Notes: generated by a model not told the origin, from the sequence alone. Shown: positions 12,912 to 27,040, numbered from the whole stretch's first letter. The stretch: 63,929 nucleotides of DNA, filler included, from Sluysia triapertura (GCA_046118255.1; 5 parts of 5 records of this genome joined end to end with filler, not necessarily neighbours in it); one strand, 5' to 3'. Numbers and translations: made by a program.

Positions 12912-13246
12912 CTAAATTAAAAATATTTACAAATTAAAAAAACTTCTATATTTCCTTACATTATTATTATTAAATCTCGAAGATTAGTGCGCATGCAGAC
13001 AATTAAGATCGATTTAGCTAGAATATAAAAAAGACGATGTGCAACAATAATGATTTACTTTCACATGTTTAAAGAAATTCATTTGGTTTTTAAACATTAA
13101 AATATACTGTGGGCGATTTACATCTTGACCGATTTACTCATTTCTACTCAAGAGTATATTAAATTAAAGATTAACCTTTATCGTACGCTATTTATATTGA
13201 TTTGTATTACCTGCCGGACGGAATTAATTTGCAAAAGGTGTGATCA

Positions 13247-13346
13247 NNNNNNNNNNNNNNNNNNNNNNNNNNNNNNNNNNNNNNNNNNNNTTAATTAATT
13301 AANNNNNNNNNNNNNNNNNNNNNNNNNNNNNNNNNNNNNNNNNNNN
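13247..13346. other. Artificial scaffold-joining spacer
   Basis: 44 N + TTAATTAATTAA (stops in all six frames) + 44 N. Confidence 0.97.
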
Positions 13347-13879
13347 AGATTATTGTTACAATAATAATCTTTTTACAAAAAATTTTAGAATAATTTACTT
13401 AGTTTCCGATAAAAGGAAACTTTAAAAATTAAAAATAAGTGATTTAAGTAAAATGTTACTTTGCAATTTCTAATTGCTATCTCTTAAGAACTAACGTTAA
13501 TAAAATCAACGAATGTTGTAGTGGACAGTTTCTTAATCGGAGTGCGCCTAGATATACTGCGAAGAATGGTATTGAAATGAATAACTGGCACGTATTAAAA
13601 ATCGTCGAAGAGACTGTGTTCTTTTGAAAGTTGTGTAAAATTTAAACTTGCAAAGTTGTAAGTGAAAAATTGTAAAGCAGTGTTCAATTGGTCTTATATT
13701 TATACCTTTTTACCTTCAAGGTTACTTAGTTAAATGAAATTATTAGAGTTAAACAAAATTAAAATTAATAAAAGATTTTTATAACTAATAAAATAATAAA
13801 ATAATAAAATGATTTGAACATACCGTTTAAAATTAATAAAAAATTTTATAACTAATAATAAAATAATAAAATAATAAAA

Positions 13880-14295
13880 TAATTTGGACATACCGTTCAG
13901 AGATGAATGATTTATTTCCTAATATTTTGTTAATTGTAAATATCCTTTGATTTTGGACTAANNNNNNNNNNNNNNNNNNNNNNNNNNNNNNNNNNNNNNN
14001 NNNNNNNNNNNNNNNNNNNNNNNNNNNNNNNNNNNNNNNNNNNNNNNNNNNNNNNNNNNNNAATTATTAAAATTAAAATTTGAAATTTGGACATACCGTT
14101 TGGAGATGAATGATTTATTTCCTAATATTTTGTTAATTGTAAATATCCTTTGATTTTGGACTAAAATTATTAAAATTAAAATTTGAAATTTGGACATACC
14201 GTTTGGAGATGAATGATTTATTTCCTAATATTTTGTTAATTACAGATATCCTTTGATTTTGGACTAAAATTATTAAAATTAAAATTTGAAATTAA
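13880..14295. repeat. 103-bp tandem repeat spanning a 100-N gap (13962-14061)
   Basis: The unit aattattaaaattaaaatttgaaatttggacataccgtttggagatg... restarts at 14062, 14165 and 14268, with a partial copy before the gap. Confidence 0.9.
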
Positions 14296-14574
14296 TTAAA
14301 ATCTGAAAATGTGTAATTTTGAAGTACGAAACAATTAATATTCTAAAATTATCGATTAAACTATGTTCATTACTAATTTAAATCTAAACATTTACATTAT
14401 TACTAATCTAAATCTATGAACATGTGTAGTTTTGATTACTAATCTAAATCTATGAACATGTGTAGTTTTGAAATACGAAATAATTAATATAAACTTATAT
14501 TCTTACTAATCTAAATTTAAACATTTACATTTTATACTTAACATAATTAATAAAGTATTATATTTATTCCTTAG

Positions 14575-17500
14575 ATCATTCGTAAGCCAAGTAGAACAAA
14601 TATCTTCTAGACTTCGTAACATGGCAACTGACACTTTTGAACTTGATCGAAGAAGAGAAGAAGAAATTCGTTTATTACATGAACAGATTGACGATTTAAA
14701 ATGTCAAACAAAAGTTATTTTATATAAATTTATATTTTTTCAATGCACGAAATTGAAAATTATAAACGTTTCAACATGAAATAAAATCCTCAAGTCTTCT
14801 GTAGTCAAATGGACATTTTAACCAAAGCTAAATGATCTAAACCATAATCGCGATAAAATGATTTATCCATTAGTTTTACGTTGAAATTGTTTTTCTTCAA
14901 AGAATCGTGTTTTTCGTAGATAAAGCATTAATCTTTAAACTATTAGTTTTAATGATATTGTGATTGTGCATATCTACAATATATTTTAATATTAATTTTG
15001 TGTTGAGTAGTAATTTGTTAGATTATTTTGCTGGTGGCACAAGTAAAAATATTTATCTAATTCTGAACATGAAAAATATCTAGGCAGTTGCTTCAATTTC
15101 CGTATATTTTTTGTTTGACTAAATTATTTTCTTTTCTGATTAATGTTCGCTGTGTTTAATAATTTTATACATTTCAAAAGGTAACCAATAAAATATTTTC
15201 TGCATTGTTTTGGGATCGAAAAGTATTTCGTGGTATTTTTATAGAAAATCCACACAAAATTAATTTAATGTTTTTAATTATATATAGGATTTTAGTATTT
15301 ATTTTCTCGATTATACAAAATTTTGATTTTTGTTTTAATTAAATTTTGATTCCATTTATTTCTTTTCTCACATAGGAAAACCAGGTTCAAATCTGAGACA
15401 AAACTTTAGAATTATATTTTCTTTAAATAAATTTATATTTATTTATATTATAAATTAATATATAAATATTTTTTTATAAATTCATTTTTATTCAGTTATT
15501 AAAATCCAAATTCAAAAATCGTATTCATTCAAACAATTAAAATACCTACATCCTTAAATCATAAATTATGTATATCAACCACACTTTATATTTAGTAGTA
15601 CTATTAGATGTAGTATTTGAAATAATTTAAATTAAGACTTTAATAACTTTTAAATTCAAAACTAAGAAAATTAAACAAACACTTAGGCGCATTTATATAC
15701 TCTATATCACATTTCGTAGACTTTAGCAGTTCACAGTTTATCAAAACATACTTTTAGAACTCAAATGTTTCAACAAAACCTTTGTGAAATCTCTTCGTAA
15801 TCTATTCTCATTAGAATATAAATCAATAAATCAAAAGAAGTTGTTTTTCAATCAATTTTCTATAATAGTGTCGAATATTCCGAATCGTATAAATTTGAAA
15901 GAATACTCCCAATTCTAATGGATCAGTTTCAAGAAAATGAATTGTCAAGTTATATTCTACCATCCACCCTTACCATATAATAATGACTTCAACAAATATC
16001 TTCCTACAACTCTGCAATTTATAATCAAATCAGAGAAGAATATTCAAACTTGTCGTGTTTTATTGGATCTTATTGAATTCTTTGCATCAAGTATTAGTTC
16101 AGAATATTTACTAAATGAGGTGTGATCCATACAATTTACTTGTCTTGAACATAATTCTACAAAAGCTCAAGAAACAGCAGTCAATGCGTTTTCAGTAATA
16201 TATACATATTTCGACACCACTGAATTTAGTATAGATCTTATAAATAAATTTCGTCATTTAATGGATTCAAATAATAATCAAATCCAATTGCCGATAATTT
16301 AGTGCCTAGATTGCATGGTTGATAAATCACGTAATAATATATTCGATTTTTCGAAACAATCAATAACACATAATTCTTGTTTCCATATAAAATCATAACA
16401 AATAAAAGACTGTATGCACTATTCCAATTATCGTAGACACAAATCTGTCCACAAATGATACAGTGAAAATGATTTTAGATAGAATCGAGAAAGCTATGTT
16501 TTCACAAATGAGATCAGAAGAAAATAATGATAATAATAAGTTAATAATAATAATAATAACTCTTAATAATAAACATTGTACTAATAATAATAAAATTTTA
16601 TTAACGGTAACGTAGCAAGTTGCCTTAGCCGATAATATAAAATCAATACCAAATTTAGTAGCGACACACAATTTACTTTTACAAATGTTAGCAGCTCGCA
16701 AGAATAGTGCAACTAAATTGTTAAATAATAATTTATTTTCGGACAGAAGAAAGATGTCATCGGCTCCTAAAATACCGAAGACTGAAAGTAACTGCAAATT
16801 CGATGATGACCAACTTACAAATTCTTTGATAGAAAAATTTGATGAAATACAGTAAGATATTGATAAACTGAACGAGCAAGTTAGAAGTAGAGAAGAAGTA
16901 CAAGAAATACAAGTCAACAAGACTCCAACGACTTGCGAATTTAATAAAATCTATCCCAGGTTGTTGAATTAATGCTACTTGTAATCATATGCAGCTAATC
17001 AACTCAATCTATCAAAATATGAGTATATATTACAATTTTTAGTTAGCTTCGATGTCAAAAATCTTATAATGTTGATTCAAATTTAAAAATCATGATAACA
17101 TTTGTTCCAAATGACTATTTAATAGAAATTATGTGAACTCATGATGCAATGGTGCCAAAAAATCCAAAAGATTATGTCAAAACCGTTAATGATCCAGTTA
17201 ATGAAACTGGATACTCAAGCAGCAAAGTAGCCGGTGATTGTCCGATTAGTTTTGTGTATTCCACAATCTTGATTCTATGATCATAAAATAATTCATGGCC
17301 AAATCCTTTCCAGAAGATGATGCAAGACATTTTGTGTTTCTGAATGATCGCTGCTCGTCGTTTGAAGTAATATCTTTCAACTACATATTATATCCTGTCT
17401 CTAATGATCTTATAACATCTTTCCTCAATATTGTAACAATTTTATTTTCATACTTTTAAATTAAAAAATACTATGAACTTAAAAAAATTGTATAAATATA

Positions 17501-20500
17501 TTAGCCCTAACGGTTTAGTACTTCAAAACTTTCGTTTATTCTAAATTTTGTTCAATTTAAACATATTTCTTTGGAATGTTTTGTCCAGTTGTAAGAAAAA
17601 ATATATCTCGAACGGTTTCTAGAATTTCTTGTAACAAATAATAATTCAAATCTCTCTTAATAAACATTAACATGCTTTAAACTCTAAAATAATGATTAAT
17701 ATGGATATATTTTAACATAAATAATTATTTAATCTACAAATTTGGTTATTTACAAATTTGATAAAAATTGCATAAAAGTTTTGAATAAATAATAATAAAA
17801 TAAATTATTATTATTAAAAATAAATAATAATAATAATTAATAAAATAATTTTCAAACCAAATCTATACTGAGTTTTAATTGAATTTCATTTAAAATTATA
17901 AAAATTAATTATTTTTTGTCTTTTAATAACGGTGAAAAGAAAAAAATGGTTTCTTTTGTATCCACATATTAATACAATATTAAATCAATGATTGGTTGTT
18001 GTTGTTGTTGTTAAAGCAGTAGTACAAATTTTAATTAAAAAATATTGAAATAGACATTAAGTAAAAATAACATTAATGTTTTTTGTCAGATAAAAGATCG
18101 CGAAATAGAAACTAATAAATGGCTTGAAAAAGAAATGCAAAAACGACTTGAAAATACAACAGAATTATTTTCATTAAAAAATCAAGTTTGTAATTATTAA
18201 TAAATTTTATTTGTTTATAAATATAAGTAGATAATTTATAAATTTTTTGAGTAGGTCACAGAATTACAACGTAATTTAGATGTACAAGAAAGAATAAATA
18301 ATGAAATTAATGCAGATGTAGGTTTTTAATAATGTTTTATGTAATTGTTGAATTTTACATTAGAATACAAGATTGTACGACGAGATGAGCAACAAAGATA
18401 GAACTATATTAGAGTTACAGTCCGAAATTAATAATCTAGACAAAATTGTTTCTAATAAAGTAATATATGTTTATATTAATATTTTTTAATGTCCAAATCA
18501 GAAATATTTACATGATAGTGAAGAAAAGAAAAAATTATTGGACAATCTAGATAAAGTGCAACGAGAATTGTTGAATAAAAATCACGAAATAATAGAAATT
18601 AATCAGAAATTAAATGGTCAACATAGAGAACTTGAAAAACGAAATCAGGAAATACAATTTAAAGTAATATATTTTTTCATTCAAATTAATTTTTTACAAA
18701 TAAAAGTAGATAATAATTTGTAAAAAAAAGTATTATTTTAGAATTTAAAAATTGAAGAACAATTATCAGAACTTAAACGACTACAAAATGAAATGGCCGA
18801 AATAGAACGTCAAAATTTTAATCTTCGTGAAACTTGTAAATCAATGAAAAACGATAATGATTCGATGGCTTATGAATTGAAAACTTTGGATGATTTGCAA
18901 TACAAATGGCCTAAAATGGAAGATGAAGTAATATTAATAGTTGATACTTGAAAAATCTTGAAATTAACATACTTAAAATTGTTTAAAATGTTTTGCGTTT
19001 CAATATCCTTAAAAAATAGATAAAATGGAATTAAAATTAAAATGGAATATTTAGGTAAAACATATTTGCCTAAATGTGAAATAAATAATGTCACTCGGTG
19101 AATTATTTAATATTTTGTTTTGTTTTGATTGACATTATCGAAATAATAGTGTTAGGTATTAATCTCTTAAATTATGTATAATGAACAAGAATATGTAAAA
19201 AATATAAATACGTTAATAATTAAAGCGAAACGGACAAATTAAGAAAAATAAATAGTTATTTTAAGAACGTAATGCTTATATTAATATTGTTGATAAAGGA
19301 AGTGTTGCTCTCATATTGGAAATTTAAAAATATGAATTGCGTTAAAAAACAAAAATTAAAACACAATAAAATAATAGTTTTAAAAGGTGCGATTGTCAGA
19401 AGTCATTTATTATGATGGCTCATCTAAAACTCACATTTATATTACTACATTACAATTATATTTCTTAATAATCACCAAATACTAATTTTTCACTTAGATA
19501 AACAATAAAATTTATTTATTTCGATAGTGATAATGAATAACAAATCCTGAAAACGATAAAATACTTAAAATTCGCATTGTTATTTATATTATTTATTAAT
19601 TTTATTATGCCCCAAACATTAAATAAATTTATGGGAAAATGTGAGTTGTGTAAATTTTAAATTTTTTATTCTATATATAATTATGCTTTTGATATTTTGA
19701 TATGCGCGATTACAAATCATATTCATTATTGTTTAAATTATGCAAATTCATTTTATGTAGAACAAATTTCATATAGATTTCTATTCATTAATAATAATAA
19801 TTACTATCTTCATAAGTAAAATTAATTTTTAAAATTTTAATGCTTTGCTAAATTTATTTTTTTATAAGATTCAATTAAATACTTGAAACGAATATTTAAT
19901 ACTATTTTTTAGTAAATTTTATTTGTTTTTAACCTAAAGCTAATATTTAAATTATATTATAAGGAATAAACTTCATTTTTAATATAAACGATTTTAACTG
20001 TAAAATATAAAACTAATATTTTTAGCCATAGGTTTAGAATTTATACTTAGTAACAATTTTATTTTGATCCAGGCCTTTAATCATTTTTAATGTCGTGCTG
20101 AAATTATTGCAGAAGGCCCTAGAGGATTGGTTTTATTTACTTTTACAACTTTAAAACGCTTTAATATTTAATATCTCAGTATTAATTATATACGGATATC
20201 AAACAAAATATTATTTTTAGCAATCAATGTAAAGATATCATTTAGTGTTGATTTTATGTATATGTGTGATTCACCTACTTCTAATGAAACTGTATTTTCT
20301 AAAGAAATTGTTTAGACTATTAAAAAGCAAGTATTCGTAGAAAGTTGTTTTAATTTAGACATTATGACATTAATTAAATGTATTAAGCCCTTCTGCGACT
20401 ATTCCAATACGTTTACGAGCTAGCGTAATGCTAGTGTATTAACTAGTCCGATACATTCATATACTGTCGCTGTTCAACTACAATGACAACAATAATTATC

Positions 20501-23068
20501 ACGACAGGTTTTTTGTTTATAAGTAATGTTTCTAATAAATTAAAATATGTAAAAAAATTAGATATTTTTGTAAGTTTTTATCTATTTTATTAGTCGCACA
20601 AGGGCTTAATAAATATGTTTATTTTTGTGATAAAATTATTCATCTTATATCATTGCAGAAAAGAGGACTGTGTTCGGTATTATGTGTCCTTGTAATATCG
20701 TTACAGATTCAAATAATGAACATTGTTTTCTGATTATTAACAATAGAAAATTGCTGATTCTTATAAGAAAATAGAATCCTGTTCATTCTCAATTAAGATT
20801 TGTTATTATTTCGCGAGCATTAAAAGATGTTAATCTTTCGTCAAAATAGGAAGTGGTGTGTCCCATTAAAGATCCTATCGAATGATTAAATCAAGCTTTT
20901 GTTATTTTCAAAGTATATGTGAGTGATTATGGTTTTATCAAATAATTAAAACCATAATATGTGATGGCGGATTATACCAAATAAAATCATGTAAATATGT
21001 CAAAACTCACTTCTAAAAAACATTCGGATATAATAACAAGAGAATAAAATATTTTGAATGTTTCAGATTTAATAAAGATAACATAAACAATAATCAACTA
21101 GCAATCTTTACGTAAATAAGTGTGATTCACATCCTGAAAAGATATTAGTAAATAGTTGCAATGTTACACATGATATTATCACTTTTAATATAGTTTTCAA
21201 TAATCTAATTTTCCTAGATCTTTCTAGATCTAGATTTTTCTGGATCTTTCACATCACTTACAACCACCCACAGAAAATTGATGTTAACCAGAAAAACGCT
21301 GTGATGAAATTGAGGTATTAAAAGAAAACAATATTAACTGTCTATTTCTATCGCTTTATTTACCATCGAAATTATCATCAAATGAAAACCTATACACAAT
21401 TAAAAGAAGAAACCGAAAAAATATTACCAAAAGAAAATGTGTTTTTAAAATATGAGGAAATATGTGGAAACAGCTTTATCACATCAAGAATTATTTGAAG
21501 TTTAAATTTTAATTAAAGATTATAATTGTAAAATTGATATAATTTTGATATATTTTTGAATAACTTTCAATATGTTCTTGAATAACCTTGAATAATCATA
21601 CAGAATGTATACTTGAAACAAACAGTTCGAGATTTAGAAGAGCAGAATCGAAATTTAGTAACCAAGCAAGATAACAGTTACCAAATGAACTCTGTGTTAG
21701 ATGAATTACGACAAGCAATCATGGAAAAGAACAGAGCCAATGAAGAACGTAATTATTTAACTGGCCAAGTTCAAAGACTTCAATCTATTTTAAAAGACAG
21801 AGTTAGTATAATCATGGATGATAATACATAATGATAATATAATAATTTATAATAATATATCATTAACATAGATATATTAATGACAAATTAAAATAGCCAT
21901 GCTTTAGTCAAGTGAAATACTATCGACATTAAGGGAATTATAATGAGTTAAATTAAACAGACTACTTCTATTGAAAAGAAATATCGAATCCCAAATTTAG
22001 CTTTACATTATAGAAAATTAATTAAAATAAATAATCTTTACCTTATCTACAACGACGTGTTTCGTAACATTTCAACATTATACTTGAGTTCATATGTTAT
22101 TTTCACATGCACATAAATCTTACATAAAATTATTAAATCAAAACAATTTTTAATTAAATTAATTAATAAATGTACTTTTACATTTTTCAGAGTAAGACCT
22201 TATCGAGTGTTTTCTCTTTGTATCTTTCTTTCTTTAACATTTAACATTTTAAAAATATTAACATAATCCACCATGGTATTTTATTTCACTGTTTCAATAA
22301 TATTAATTTTATTCTTATATTACAAGATATGACACTCATGTCTAATCTCACCTTTGACTAAATCCAACAGTAAACTAATAATATTTGTTTTACTTATTAT
22401 AATAATGTAATTATGTTATATTATTTTTACATATTTTATAATCATTACAGTATTAAACATGTCTTAAGTATTTTAAAATGTCTTAAATGCTCCATAACTT
22501 GATTTTATAATCAATCAATCTTAAACTATGTGATTAAGCTTATTATGTAATAATTGGTTAAACTTAAAATAACTTTAAAATTAGAATAACTGTATTATAT
22601 AAATTAGAATTCAGAGGAAGAAGCATTGTCAAGAGAAGTCATTAAATTAAAAAATTTTATCAAACAATTGGAAGAAGAAAATGTACAATGGAAGTCAAAA
22701 CAAAACGATGATATAGTAGAAAAATTACGAGAAACTGAAAAAGCACGTAATATCCTTGAAAGTCAATTAATTCAACTGAAACCGAAAATTCAACGTTTAC
22801 AAGTTAAAAGTCTAGAAAAAGATCATTTAATAACGCAATTGGTTCAAGAATTAAAAACCCAAATTGGATATTTACCGTCAGATTTAAGACGAGAAATAAG
22901 TAGAGTTAGTTCAAAATTTATTTTATTTACAATTATAAATAACTAATTTCCTTTTAGAACGACATTTCATCTACGAAATTACCAGTTCATGATTTATTGG
23001 AGCAAAACGATACAAGTATTAGTGATTTCAATTTACCAGATGAAAATGGATTAAACGACTTTCAATGA
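14575..23068 (+). CDS. Long coiled-coil protein, 9 exons seen, 5' end probably missing
   Basis: Exons 14575-14713, 18090-18185, 18255-18317, 18364-18459, 18502-18663, 18742-18927, 21604-21801, 22608-22904 and 22958-23068 (TGA). All eight introns are GT-AG and phase 0. The spliced frame is open and E/K/Q/L/N-rich. Confidence 0.88.
15766..16530 (+). pseudogene. SCYL2: SCYL2-like (SCY1 family) HEAT-repeat region, intronless pseudogene inside an intron of the coiled-coil gene
   Basis: Translated across frameshifts: KSINQKKLFFNQFSIIVSNIPNRINLK/RILPILMDQFQENELSSYILPSTLTI...TCLEHNSTKAQETAVN...IPIIVDTNLS..VKMILDRIE. This parallels SCYL2 QKSQFFKGLPKVLPKLPKRVIVQRILPCLTSEF..FVLPNVLLI..ALEAPSIQIQE..LSIENNLN..IKEMLNRLE as recalled. 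Coding-like sequence continues to about 17400. Confidence 0.7.
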
Positions 23069-23478
23069 TATAAATCAGACTCACAACAATATTTTTAAAT
23101 TTAGTTTTCTAATACTTTTCCTTTTTTTTAATTTTGTACAATTTACAATTTAGCATGTCATTTTTGTTTCGTACAAGAAAAATTGTGGAAAATATAAAGT
23201 AAATGAAATATTGAATTTTTAAAAATTCGATTATTTTTATATTTATAAGTCTATAATTCTTGTGGAAATTTTAGTTAATAATAATAATCGCTAATACTTA
23301 TAATGTCAGAGCTAATAAAATATCTGAAAGAGAATATCAATGGTTCTTTTATAAATGGCACTTTGATTATCTGAGAGTTTTTTGAAATATAACCCAACAT
23401 TATATTTCTTGCTACTGTGCACTCTGTATAAAATGTGCTACTTAAAAGCACTCTGATTTCCGAATTTGTCATTATTCA

Positions 23479-23834
23479 TAGGGTTACCATTTTTTTTCGC
23501 CAAACCGGGACGGTCAAATTTTTTTCAACACCCCTTTCCCCTTCCCAAAAAAAAATTTTTGTGTTTTTCATTGTACATATAAAATTAATTAATCAAATAA
23601 CACTTATTAACGTAAAATCACAAAAAATGAGAAGTCAAAAAATAATAAAAATCACAAAAAGGTTGAGGTATCTATGACGCATCAAATATGTTTTCAAAAT
23701 TTTTTTCGCAAGCTTATTGGCGCCGGATAAATATATTTTGAATCATTTGAAGAACATGGAAAAACCGGGGCATTTTTAACAACCGGCCGGGACGCCGGGA
23801 CAAGTTCTTAAAACCGGGACGGTTGGAAACCCTA
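23479..23834. mobile_element. Non-autonomous hAT-type element (Blackjack-like MITE)
   Basis: Termini TAGGGTTACCA ... TGGAAACCCTA with multiple subterminal CCGGGAC repeats. No clean 8-bp target-site duplication (TSD). Confidence 0.75.
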
Positions 23835-24734
23835 ATTTAAGGTTAATTCAGGATTAATTCTTGGATTGTAGAAAGAATTAAGATTTTAAGTCAAATATTG
23901 ATCCTGCATTAATTGTAGGATTAAAACTTAATAATAAAAGTCTTACGATTTTATGGAAAACTTGAAGATTTAGAATTATGTCGTCGAATTATGTATGAAT
24001 TTATTTCTGGATCTTTTTCTTTTCTCATCAATCAATTATAGCACGATTGATTAAGTTTGTGGTAAGACTTTTGATTTGATGAATGCATTAACTGATCAAA
24101 ATGTCTCGACAATGAGATTTGACGATTTTTTAAACTGAATTTGATTCAAAAGTGTCGCCTCGTTGCTATTTGTGTGATGTTTTTAGTTTAAGATTCCTCT
24201 TATATATAATCTGTGAAATCGTAAAATAAAATAAAATTGCAATAAAATACGATATTTAATGATTTTTAATGCGTTAGTTTGAAATTAAAGTGTAATAATT
24301 TTCAAGTATAAAATAATAATAAAAATAGAATTAAGTTTTAATAAAATATTAATAATTTCATTTTCAAAGTTATTTAATTGATTAATTCTAATTTAATTTA
24401 TTCTCTAAAATATTTACAATACTTAACTGATTTATTTAATTAATTCTAAAAATATTTGCAATGTTTAATTTTTAAAATATTTACAGTATTTAGTACTATT
24501 TATTATTTACAATTTATTTCATTGAAGATTATATGTTTCATAAAAATAAATAGAAAATATATAAATGTTTGTTTTTAAAAATTAAAAATACAAGTATTTA
24601 CTGGCAAATAAAATAATTTTGAAAAATATAATTCATTGTAGGTTATAAAAAATATATAAATTTTGCTACTTCCATGGAAATTATTAATAATAAATTAATG
24701 CGAAAAACATTTTATTGGATTTTTAAAAACTTTT

Positions 24735-24950
24735 GAAATGTTTAAAATCGCTTTAAAAATATTTATCTTCCAAAAAAAGAAAATAAAATTTCGAAAAAGG
24801 AAAATTCGCTTCTAAAAATAGAATAAAAGCAGAATAAAAATATAATAAAATTCTATAATGTTCTAGAGCATTTCACTGATTTCTTTTAGCTGACGACTAG
24901 TATATAAACTGGCATCATTACAATCATAGCCGCCATTTTAACATTCACAA
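24735..24950 (+). repeat. Promoter-bearing dispersed repeat (LTR U3/R-like)
   Basis: TTCTA(T/G)A repeats, TATATAAA at 24901 and CGCCATTTT at 24931. The same order occurs at 34440-34620. Confidence 0.55.
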
Positions 24951-26940
24951 TCATGTTTTTACGCAATTTTGATTCAATTCGTTATTTCTGTTACAATTTT
25001 GGTTTTTCTATGGTCCGGGATCAAGAAGTACAATTATTATTCGAAATCTCTGAACAGTTCCATTTGTTAGGGAGGTTATTTCTTTTAGTATCATATTGTA
25101 AAGTACAAATGACTAATTTTGTAACAATAACTTTGTATATTCTAACCTATGATTCATTTATTATTTTAACTTTGTATATTCTAGTGTAGTAACAATAACT
25201 TTGTATATTCTAATCTATGATTCATTTATTATTTATGCTAATTTATTGATTTTTATTTTGTAAAACTTTATAATTAATGCTAATTTGTATTAACTTTGGA
25301 ATTTTGTAAATTTTAAAAGTACGTTTTTAATTTCTATTATTAAATTATTTTAAATTTTAAATTAAATTTATTTTTAAAGCTAATGATATTATTAAATTTA
25401 ATTAAAATTTTAAATCCTTTTAGAGCTAACGAGACCCAATTATTTTAATTAAAAACTTTATTTTTAATAACCGTCCCAAACATAGTGTGTCTCATGGATT
25501 GTTCGTAGCGTTGGTGGATGATAAAATTTCTTTAAATAATGAAGATGGTGAAGTCTATATTAGTTTAATACGAGAACAAAACATTAGTTTTAAAAGTTTA
25601 ACCGCATCAACATATCTCTCAATTAAAAGTAATGTCTACATTAAATGAATCTTATATGATGAAATGCCGATTAACAAAGCTGCATGAAAGTATCGAGAGA
25701 TTAATAACAACAATTGAGAACCGAATTATAATGATGTCTATTAATCTATTCTTATCGTTATACATATTAGTAGATGTCGATTTGTTTGTCATGACAAATA
25801 AAGTACACCCGTCATGATCAAAAACATCAAACGTGAATTCAAAAATTAGTCGTTCCAAGTCACCGTATCTTGGTAACAAATCTCAATACACAACAATTCC
25901 CACTCTGGCAAATTACAACAAACTTTATAAGACGGTCTATGTCCGTATACAACCCACAAACCGGAGAATGTTCAAGGTTGATGAGCTTGGAGAATTTGGA
26001 AATAACCCAGCAGATACCAGCGGACATCACAACAGAAAAAACAATCTTTTATCAACATTAAATGCTTCGTCTCCAGTGCAACATTCTTCTATGAAAGAGG
26101 TCAATAATAGTCACGTAAGTCTCCAACCTGATCAAGTGGTGCTAGTTAACATAGAAGTAAATTTTAAATATGATATGACCAATTATAAATTAACCTTATT
26201 TTATTATTTATTTTATGCCATTAGCGTTACAAATGGCATATCCGGAAGATATTCGGTATCGATATGAAAACTTATATTTTAACTAATATAAATAAATTTA
26301 GTTTTTGTACGAATTATTATTTTAGTTAAATAAGTTTAAAACGCTTTTTTAATGAAAGTAGTAATGAAATATAATCTTGTTTTCCAACTTCATACCTTAA
26401 TAACAGTTTTTAATAAAATAAATGAAATTTCAACAACAAACTTTCTTAACCAAATATTCTTAATAGATCACAATAAACTAAACCACATTAAACCAGCACA
26501 GACTAGTCCGTATGATTTTAAAGAATAATCTAAACGTGAACTTATTGGAAGTAAATAAAGTTGTGTTTAATTTAAATTCTCGTTTTACATAAATTTATAT
26601 CTTATTAGATATAAATTAGTCTCAAATTAGTAAATTGAGACTAATTTATTTTTCTTATACGAGACCTCAGGAAAGTTATTTTAGTAAGTTTTCATCTTAA
26701 ATCAACAATTTAATTTGAATTATTCTTTGGTTCAAAATCTTAATAACTTTTGACAATTATTTCTTAAAAGGAATTCTTAAAATAATTTTTTAATTAATTT
26801 CTTTAATGCTATAAAATTTACTGAGTAGTTTACTCTGGTTTCTTGTGTGGGTAAATATTTTAATAAGTTCTCTTATGAATAAATAAATAAAGATATATAT
26901 GCGACATTTTCTATGAGATTTTATATTAAAAATGTAATTT

Positions 26941-27040
26941 GTGAGTCACCTACGATCCTAGACTTACACACTTAAGGGCTAGTTAGTAGGTATCAGCTAG
27001 AGAATTTATAAAGTAATGGAGGTTTAATGTAACTGATTCA
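26941..27040 (+). repeat. Dispersed repeat family B (core GATCC..ACTTACACACTTAAGGGC)
   Basis: Related copies at about 27965-28060 (+) and about 43120-43185 (-). Confidence 0.55.

Noticed and set aside
13205-13246. CGGCAG|gtaata (minus strand) as the helicase motif VI exon end
   Set aside because: Wrong phase for exon 12911, and it does not encode GRTGRAG.
13291-13302. Repeated TTAATTAATTAA palindrome as a biological motif
   Set aside because: It is always centred in 44+44 N, so it is an assembly linker.
13958-14197. ORF with X residues
   Set aside because: Runs through a tandem repeat into an N gap.
13880-14295. CRISPR-like array
   Set aside because: The units are contiguous and near-identical, with no unique spacers, in a eukaryotic context.
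16393-16920. 175-aa minus-strand ORF
   Set aside because: Antisense shadow of the plus-strand SCYL2-like pseudogene tail.
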